This document shows, in pieces, positions 1 through 7,399 of a stretch of DNA of 7,797 nt. The DNA is from Ascoidea asiatica JCM 7603 (lineage: Eukaryota > Fungi > Ascomycota). The stretch spans positions 2,480,052-2,487,848 of the forward strand of contig BCKQ01000002.1 in the NCBI GenBank assembly GCA_001600695.1, given 5' to 3'. Position 1 is the stretch's first letter. Each line of letters opens with the position of its first letter. Below the pieces are notes generated by a model that made no database searches, was not told the origin of the DNA, and worked only from the letters and a program-made list of their open reading frames with translations. A program made the position numbers and the translations under genes.

Positions 1-309
1 ATTTAGTATGTGAAAGTTCACTTCCCATACTTAAGAAAAAAAATAAAATAAAGTATTGTTTTAAAAGACACTACGTCATTCCAAGAACAAACAGGAAGAT
101 TACAGTACATTCGAGATGCACACAGAACTTCGAAGAAAGAATAAATAATGCAGACCCAGAACGTTCTAGTACATTTAACATGCACACGGAAGTTCGGAAA
201 ACGCAATAGAATGTAGTCGTAGAACAATCTATGCAATTTTAGAAAGTCTAAGAGTTGCCTAGAATATTCGAAGACAATTCCAATAAAAGAATAAAATGAT
301 TAACAATCA
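1..309 (-). mobile_element. LTR of a Ty3/gypsy-type retrotransposon, partial (cut by the left window edge); solo LTR or 5' LTR of an element lying to the left
   Basis: Ungapped manual alignment to 7074-7382 gives 282/309 identity (27 substitutions). Similarity stops exactly at ...ACAATCA (309), the same terminus as the complete LTR. The flank (GAGCAGGAAAACC) is not the internal or PPT-side sequence seen beside the other copy. Confidence 0.88.
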
Positions 310-770
310 GAGCAGGAAAACCGGCAGTTGTAAATCCGGGACCGGCACTCAGGGCGAAGGCGCGGTGCAGGCGGATATTTCTGCCGCACGTGTGCCCAGC
401 GCGACAGTGTGAGCTCTTTTCATTCCTAAACGCGTTTGTCTGAGTGTTTACAAACAGCAAACCACATCCGGCTGCGTTTAATTTTTAGTAAAGTGCATGG
501 CTGCAGAAAAAACACGTTTATGCGACAAGAATAATGTACGTAAATTGCTGCGCCTAATAATGCAGAATGTTTGAGAAAAAATATGCAACTTCCCGGAATA
601 CACACTCGGATGTTTTGAATATCTGTTTTAGGTATCTTGATTTTGTTTCTAGAAATGTACGCAATTTCTTATATCCGCATTGATTATCTGATGCGCGCAA
701 CAATTTTTGTTTTTTTCACGCAGCGCCACATTCAGCGTTTTTCTCATCTCGGTCCGTTCTAGCCTTTAGC
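310..770. promoter_or_regulatory. GC-enriched non-coding, promoter/UAS-like block
   Basis: Clearly more GC-rich than its flanks, with no credible ORF. It has several CGG/CCG triplets (320-390), CACGTG at 387-392, the palindrome AAACGCGTTT (MCB core ACGCGT) at 428-437 and CACGTT at 513-518. Function is inferred from motif content only. Confidence 0.4.
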
Positions 771-1030
771 AGTTTTGTGATAGAAATATGGTAAAGTTAT
801 TCAAAGTGGTTAAATAATATTTAATGCTAAAAAATGCTGAATAAGATTAAATAATATTAAATAATAGAAAGATAATGAGAATAATTGATTAATTTGGTTG
901 AAAATTTCAATTTCTTAATAAAATTGGATAATCAATTGATAATTATTAATAATTGTTGATAATTATGGATATAATTAACGATTATAATCATTAATCAGCT
1001 CGAATTTAAGATCGAATTTAGTATCAAAAT

Positions 1031-1110
1031 AAATATTAGTAAATATTAATAAATATTAATAAATATTAATAAATATTAATAAATATTAATAAATATGAAT
1101 AAATATGAAT
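1031..1110. repeat. 10-bp minisatellite (AAATATTAAT) x8
   Basis: AAATATTAGT, 5 perfect AAATATTAAT, then 2 x AAATATGAAT, read directly. Confidence 0.95.
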
Positions 1111-1796
1111 ATGAGTATGAATATTAGCATAACATCACTTAATTACGAAAATATTTTAGTCACTAAATCTGAAATTCATCACTTCACTTATCAGCTCATA
1201 TTTGAGACATACTATATTTCTAAATGAAATTCCAATTTTTTCATATAATAGTTGAAAGATATTGAAATTCTTTGAAATTTATTGAAATTTATAACATATG
1301 ATGATAATTTAATAATATATACGACGTATAAATTATATATTTATATTCATTTCTATCTTGATCTTTATATATCTAATATATAAAAAGGGGAAAGGACTGA
1401 ATGAAAGTAAACGTAACAAATCTTAAAGGAGTTAAGAAAAAACAAACAAGAAACCTACTACTTTTAGTTTGATAAAAATAGATAAAAATAAATAAAAATA
1501 AATAGAAATTGAAAAAAACTGAAAAATTAATGATAAATGAGGATCGTTATAGATATATATACTGTATATAAATATACAGTTTATATGAAAAAAAAAAAAA
1601 AAGAGCAAAGAATGAGAAATTAAGAATTGAAATAATAAAATGATTAAATACTTCAATAATTTCGGAAAAGATGAAGATTGAATAAGATTTGTAAAAAAAA
1701 ACGAAATATGGAAGTGAAAAATTGAAAAAAAAAAATAATTAAAATAAAAAAAACATTCAGTTAAATTGAAATTAAAAAAGCTTTATTGTTACATAA

Positions 1797-1844
1797 TTGA
1801 ATTATTGAATCATTGAGTCATTGAATAATTGAATAATTGAATAT
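1797..1844. repeat. 8-bp tandem repeat (TTGAATAA-like) x6, just downstream of the large ORF
   Basis: TTGAATTA TTGAATCA TTGAGTCA TTGAATAA TTGAATAA TTGAATAT read directly. Confidence 0.85.
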
Positions 1845-1900
1845 GGATATGTGTTGATATTTATAAAAAGTCTTTATAATAATACTTATATCATCAATAC

Positions 1901-2163
1901 TTATATCAATATTTCAAAGTTTTTTTCATCTTGTTTAGTAAAAAAAACTAAATTTGGAATTTTAAATATCTCACAAGTCTCAAAGATTGAATTTTTAAAA
2001 ATATCTTTATTATCACTTTCTTTATCATAATTAATTAAATTACTTGTAGTAATTTTTAGATTTTCTGTTAGTTTTCTTAATGCTGCTGTACTTGTATTTG
2101 TACTTGTATTTGATATATTACTTCTAGTTCTATTGATACTATTAGTGACTTTATTATTATTAC

Positions 2164-2222
<59 letters not shown>

Positions 2223-5200
2223 GTTCCATTGATAAAACTACTTTTAGTATATGATGTTCTTGTGCTATTTTTACTTAAATTTCCATATCCTAATCCAAGA
2301 CTACTTTCGTCTTCTGTTACTAATAAATCTTCAATACTTATTCTTGATCTACTTTTAAAAGTTCCTGAACTTGATGAATCCCTATCTTTATTTATATCTT
2401 TTTCTTTATCCTTTTCATTATTAATTGATGTGGATCTGATACTAGAAGTAATATAATTACAATATGGTGTTCCAAGTCTATTATCATTATCTCCATTAAA
2501 TAGAATTTTATCACTTTTTAAACTTTGAATTTCTCCAGTATTATAATTTTCAATTTCAATATCTTTATTCATTTCAATATCTTTATTTTCATTTAAATCT
2601 TCTTTAAGTGATGTAGAATTAAAACTACTAATACTATCACAATCATGATTACTTTCTTCTTCATCCAGTTCAGAACTACTATCATTATCAAATGGTGATA
2701 AATCTTTGAAAAACTCTTTCATTTCATCAATTAAACTATTTGCATTAAGTCCAGATGTATTTCTTACATTATTATTGCCATTTTTGTTTTTTTCAGAATA
2801 GTCACTATCATTCTCATTTTCATTTTCATTTTCTTCTTCATTTTCGTCTTTGAATAATTTATTGAAACTTTGAATTTCTTTGTAATTAGAAAATTTTTCA
2901 TCATTAATATTTACATTTCTTTTAAGTTGAAAATATAATATTATAATCTTCAAAAATTCTTTAACAATTTCACTAATTGAAACTCTTTTAAAATCATAAC
3001 AATAAAATGGTAATTTTTCAATATTTTTTAAATTAATACCTAATTGAAAATAATAAAATGAATCACACATAATTTCAATAATATTTAAGATAAAATTATC
3101 TTTTTCAATACCAATAAACTCTAAACAATATGAAAATAAGAAAAAAAATGCAGATGTTGGACAAGCTGCTGTAAAAAAATGTCTTGGTAAATGAATATCT
3201 TTCAATGCACAAACTGTTCTAAGTAAATAAATTGCGGCTTTAACACTTCTTTGAATTCTAAAACTTACAATATATTTTGGTATTGATAATGGTGAAGATT
3301 TATTATTATTATTTTCACTATTATTATTGGAGTTATTTGAATTTGAGATTGGATTTGAATTAAATTTATTTGCGAAAAAAGTTTTAGAAAATTTTTTTGA
3401 TAAATTGCTCCCACAACTTCCTATACTTTCACTGTCATCATTATTAATGTTAAATAAATTTACAGGATAATGGCAATTGTTATTATTATTATTATTATTA
3501 TTATCACTGTTATTATTATTGTCATTATTATTAGATTCTTTATGTTTTTTATTAAGTTTTTCAATTAATAAATCAGTTATATTATAAGTAAATTCATTCC
3601 AATCTTTTGAACCAAAAGAAAATTGATTACAATGTAAAACAATATAATAATAAGTGAAATGTAAAATAATTAATTGAGAACCTTTATCTCTTATTTCTTT
3701 TTCAAGATATAAATCATTTAATTTATTATTTTTATTTGAGATAAAAAAATTATTTTTAATAAATTTTATAAAATTATTAAAATGATTTTCATTTTCAATT
3801 TCTAATAATTTAATTTTATCAAAATTACCATTTGATTTAAAATCTATTAAACTTACAGGTTGAACAACTTCTGGTAAAGTTTTTCTCCAATTTTCTAAAT
3901 CTGTATTTATAATTTCAACAGTATATGCAATATCAGTTAATGAATTTAATTTTAATAAATTTGATAATTGAAAAGTTGAACGAAATTTACCAGTTATATT
4001 TGAAAGGGAAATAATATAATATAAAAAAAAATTTTTATAATCTGTTGACATAATTTGAAATAATAAATCATCACGTAAAGTATTATTATTATTATTATTA
4101 TTTGAAATTTTTGAATTTGAAATAATATTTGAAATATTTTTAAAAACATTTGGATAATCTATACTAATATCTAAAGAATTTATAATTAAAGGAGAATTTG
4201 ATCTTATTGAAACATATCTATCAATTAAAAAAATAGACCACCATAATTGTTTTAAATGATCTTTTTCATTATCATTAAAAGAATAATTAATTTCATTTCT
4301 ATTTAAACCATGTTCTTGAGCTAATCTAATTAAAGTTGTTGAGATTGTTGAAGATAAATGTAAAAAACCTTGAAATTCAATAGTAACAAATAAAATTAAT
4401 AAAGAAATTATTGATCTTATACCATCACCTAATAAAGAAATTCTACCATAAAAATAAATTGAATTAAAAAAAGAAATAATTTTAATTTGAGTAAAATTTT
4501 TAATATCTTGAATTAAATTTAATTTTTTTAAATTTAAAAATTTAATTTTTTCATCATTTTCAAAATTTTTTTTTTTTTTTTGAGATTCTAATAATTTTAT
4601 ACAACTTATTAAATCAAATTGTAAATCTTCAATTTTTAAAATTGTACTTAAAACAATTAAACCATTTAAAGATAAAAAATCAGAATAATTAAAATTAATT
4701 AAATTTAAATCACCATTATTATTAAAAAATCTTTTTAATAAATTTTTTGAAATTATTAAAGAAAAAGAACCAGTTTTAATTAATAAAAAATTTAAAAGGA
4801 ATAAAATAATTTTTGAATTTGGTAAATTATTAAATTTTAATAAATTTATTGAATTATTAATTGGTTTTGACCAAAGATTTTGAATAAAATTATATAATTT
4901 GATTGTAAAAATACATGAATTTTTTAAATTATTAATTGAATTTGATAATAAATTATTATTATAATTTGTATTTTTAATATTTATATTAATATTATTAATT
5001 GAAATGAATTTTGATTTAATATAATTAAAACCTTTTGGAGAACAAATTGAAAAAGAAGCAAAAGTATTTATATACCAAGGTTTATTTAAAAAATTGAAAA
5101 GACCATTTTTATTTGATAAATTTTTATTTTTATTTTTATCTTTATCTTTATCTTTATCTTTACTTTTGTTATTGTTGTTATTGTTATTGTTATTATTATT

Positions 5201-5938
5201 ATAGATAATTGAATTATCATTTGAAGAATATAATGAATAAGCGCTGAGATTATTAGTTTGATTATTGAGTTGAATGTTAATTGAATTTATTACATTTATC
5301 TTTTTTTTCAGATTTAATTTTTTTTTAAAATTTAATTTTTTATTATCTATATGATTTTTAAAATTTAATTTAAATAATTCTTTTTTTTTTTTTCTTTTTT
5401 GAGAAAGTTGATTATGTTTTATATATATTTTATTTTTAAGATCATTAATATTTGAAAAGCATTGATTTAAATTATTTATATTACATTGGTTATTATTGTT
5501 ATTGTTGTTATTGTTGTTGTTATTGTTATTATTATTTGATTGATTATTATTGTTATTATTGTTATAATATTGAAAATCGGATAGACATATTTTAGGTAAA
5601 TTATGAACAGTGTTTATTAAAAAGTCAAGTTTTTTCAATTTTTCATCATTTGAAGTTGAATTAAAATTTGAATTGGAATTTAATTTTATATTTGAATTGA
5701 TTGAATCATTTGATATATTTGAATTATTTGAGATATTTGAATTACTTGAATTACTTGAATTATTAGATGTATTTGAAATTGAAGAAGAAGAAGGAGTAAA
5801 TAAATCATTTGAATTCACATTTTGATTACATTTCTCCATATTAATTGAATTATTTCTATTTATATTATTATTTATATTATTGTTATTGTTATTTGAATTT
5901 GAATTTGAATTTGATAAAGAATTTGAAGTCTGATCCAT
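1901..5938 (-). CDS. Fungal-specific transcription factor domain protein (Fungal_trans/middle homology region of the zinc-cluster TF family, Hal9/Tbs1/Mrr1-like), Asn-rich, with no Zn(II)2Cys6 motif
   Basis: Uninterrupted 4038-bp ORF from ATG to TAA in very AT-rich DNA. The segment LIRLAQEHGLNR...EKDHLKQLWWSIFLIDRYVSIRSNSPLIINSLDISIDYP (4333-4151) fits the Fungal_trans pattern (A..xGLxR...rlwW...lDr..s....P.li...d....P). FSICSPKG, NSIYFYGRISLLGDGIRSI and the C-terminal IFKIPNLVFF resemble Hal9/Mrr1-group motifs as I recall them (subfamily not verified by search). A basic NLS-like KRKKKK lies near 5381-5399. Confidence 0.9.
2150..2221. repeat. Coding (AAT)n microsatellite giving the longest poly-Asn tract
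   Basis: About 24 near-perfect ATT units on the + strand. Further poly-Asn tracts lie at about 3477-3530, 4082-4100, 5168-5200 and 5490-5566. Confidence 0.95.
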
Positions 5939-6289
5939 ATTGAGTATATTATGATTATGATTATGATTATGTTATAATATAAAGATAAATTGTAATGGGA
6001 TAGATAGATTAGAGATATTGGAATATTGATAGTTATTTGATAAAAATGATTATATTATATTGATTGATATGATTAAAGACATTTATTATTCATTTATTAT
6101 ATATTTATTAGTTGATTAGTAGTTGAATTTCACTCATTCGTTCTCATTCATTAATTCATTCATTCAATCATTTAATGAAGTATTTATTCTTTCATTCACA
6201 CATTTGTTAGTTCCTTTATTTATTTATTGATTGTTTATTGAATAGATCATTAAGCTGATTCTGAAGAAAATGCCAAAAATATTGTTAGA

Positions 6290-6360
6290 AGTAGCAGTAG
6301 TAGCAGTAGTAGCAGTGTAGTAGTAGTAGCAGTAGTAGCAGTGTAGTAGTAGTAGGAGTA
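6290..6360. repeat. Compound (GTA/GCA)n microsatellite containing an exact 26-bp higher-order duplication
   Basis: GTAGCAGTAGTAGCAGTGTAGTAGTA occurs at 6300-6325 and again at 6326-6351. Confidence 0.9.
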
Positions 6361-6399
6361 CTGCAGAGCATTGTTACTATTCTCAGTATTGGCAGAAGT

Positions 6400-6800
6400 A
6401 TTCTTGGTATCGGCGGTGGTTGAGAGTTAGTTCGGTGGGCGAGGCCCGGATTGGCGCGGATCTTTATTCCTGCGGTGCGGCCGGAGCCAGTACTCGGAAC
6501 CGGAGAGACTGCCGGGTGCCCGCGGGATAGCAGCCGGAGAGGCTCTGGCTACACGTTCCGGGGCCGAGGACTCCCCATAGCGCAGGCCTCGTCCACTTTT
6601 CTGTCCTGGTCTGGCTGGTGTTGACCGCCTGAAGAAAACCAGCCACGTGATTTCAAAGTGCGATATGAACCACGTGTCAAAGTACGTTTCATAATGCGTT
6701 TAAAACAACGTGCTAAAGGAGAAATACTAAGTGAAGTCACATCATCTCTATTTGCAGACACAACATCTCTATTTGCATATACGCCTCATAACAGCGCATA
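6400..6800 (-). promoter_or_regulatory. GC-rich upstream regulatory region of the TF gene
   Basis: A GC island about 460-860 bp upstream of the ATG. It has many CGG/CCG triplets, CCCGCGGG at 6519-6526, CACGTG at 6644-6649 and 6671-6676, CACGTT at 6552-6557 and (minus strand) 6707-6712, and a 14-bp direct repeat at 6743-6756/6764-6777. Confidence 0.55.
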
Positions 6801-6892
6801 TCTACTTGATTAGAAAATATAAGGCGTAACAACTTTTGAACAAAAATTATATTGACATTTAGCTATTTATCCGTACCATGGAATATATCCTC

Positions 6893-7382
6893 TGATTGTA
6901 GTTTGAACGAGATATCTAATTATTACTAAGAAGATATCTAATTCAAATTATAAACAATTGTTCATTTAAATATAAAATATATAAAAACTATATAAAAAAT
7001 ATGGGAGGTAAGTTCCCAATTTATATTAGTGAAAAATAGGCGCGGGTAACCCATCTCAAAAATAAATTTGTAAATTTAGTATGTAAAAGTTCACATCCCA
7101 TTCATAAAAAAAGAAATAAAAAAAAGAATTGTTCTAGAAGTCACTACGTCATTCCAAGAACAAACACGAAGATTACAGTACACTCGAGGTGCACACAGAA
7201 CTTCGAAGAAAGAATAAATAATACAGACACAGAACGTTCTAGTAAATTTAACATGCACACGAAAGTTCTGAGAACGCAATAGAATGTAGTCGTAGAACAA
7301 TCTATGCAATCTTAGAAAGTCTAAGAATAGCCTACAATATTCGAATACAATTCGAATAAAAGAATAAAATAATTAACAATCA
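6893..7382 (-). mobile_element. Complete 490-bp 3' LTR of a Ty3/gypsy retrotransposon
   Basis: Termini form a 7-bp inverted repeat, TGATTGT (6893-6899)...ACAATCA (7376-7382), matching the TG...CA rule. The right boundary is confirmed by the second copy ending at 309; the left boundary rests on the inverted repeat alone. On the minus strand it directly follows an integrase C-terminus and a G-rich tract. There is a minus-strand TATAAA at 7025-7020 and TATATA/T-rich 3'-end-like signals at about 6970-7000. Confidence 0.88.
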
Positions 7383-7399
7383 AATAGCCCCACGAGCAC
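7383..7399 (-). other. Putative (weak or degenerate) polypurine tract next to the 3' LTR
   Basis: The minus strand reads GTGCTCGTGGGGCTATT|TGATTGT. A G4 run ends 5 nt before the LTR, at the expected PPT position, but purine content is low. Confidence 0.45.

Noticed and set aside
18-236. 72-aa ORF open in both LTR copies (also 7091-7309) as a conserved small protein
   Set aside because: It starts at TTG, lies wholly inside the LTR, and 19 nucleotide differences give 16 amino-acid changes, so there is no sign of purifying selection.
248-460. 70-aa ORF
   Set aside because: It crosses the LTR/host junction at 309/310 and has no recognisable motif.
1031-1110. CRISPR or telomeric array
   Set aside because: No spacers and no G-rich strand; it is a simple AT minisatellite in eukaryotic DNA.
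1432-1656. 74-aa hydrophobic ORF
   Set aside because: Its Phe/Ile/Leu richness follows from T-rich non-coding sequence downstream of the TF gene; no ATG start and no recognisable motif.
2133-2456. 107-aa poly-Leu ORF on the + strand
   Set aside because: Antisense shadow of the poly-Asn (AAT)n tract in the real gene.
5610-5825. 71-aa + strand ORF
   Set aside because: Antisense shadow of the Asn/Ser repeats.
6485-6512. CCAGTACTCGGAACCGGAGAG resembling SRP RNA helix 8; also tRNA-like candidates in 6405-6480
   Set aside because: The loop is not GNRA and the CAGG/AGCA internal loop is absent; there is no GTTCRA B box or cloverleaf.
6464-6761. Two short minus-strand ORFs as an upstream zinc-finger exon
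   Set aside because: No Cys spacing of a Zn2Cys6 cluster; open frames are expected by chance in a GC-rich block.
6644-6800. Point centromere suggested by the CDEI-like ATCACGTG
   Set aside because: The required highly AT-rich CDEII and CDEIII do not follow; downstream on that strand the DNA is GC-rich.
1-7382. A single LTR retroelement that captured the TF gene between its two LTRs
   Set aside because: There is no PBS (TGG...) inside 6892 and no PPT beside 310 on the element strand. The pol remnant and PPT lie outside, right of 7382, so the LTRs belong to separate insertions.
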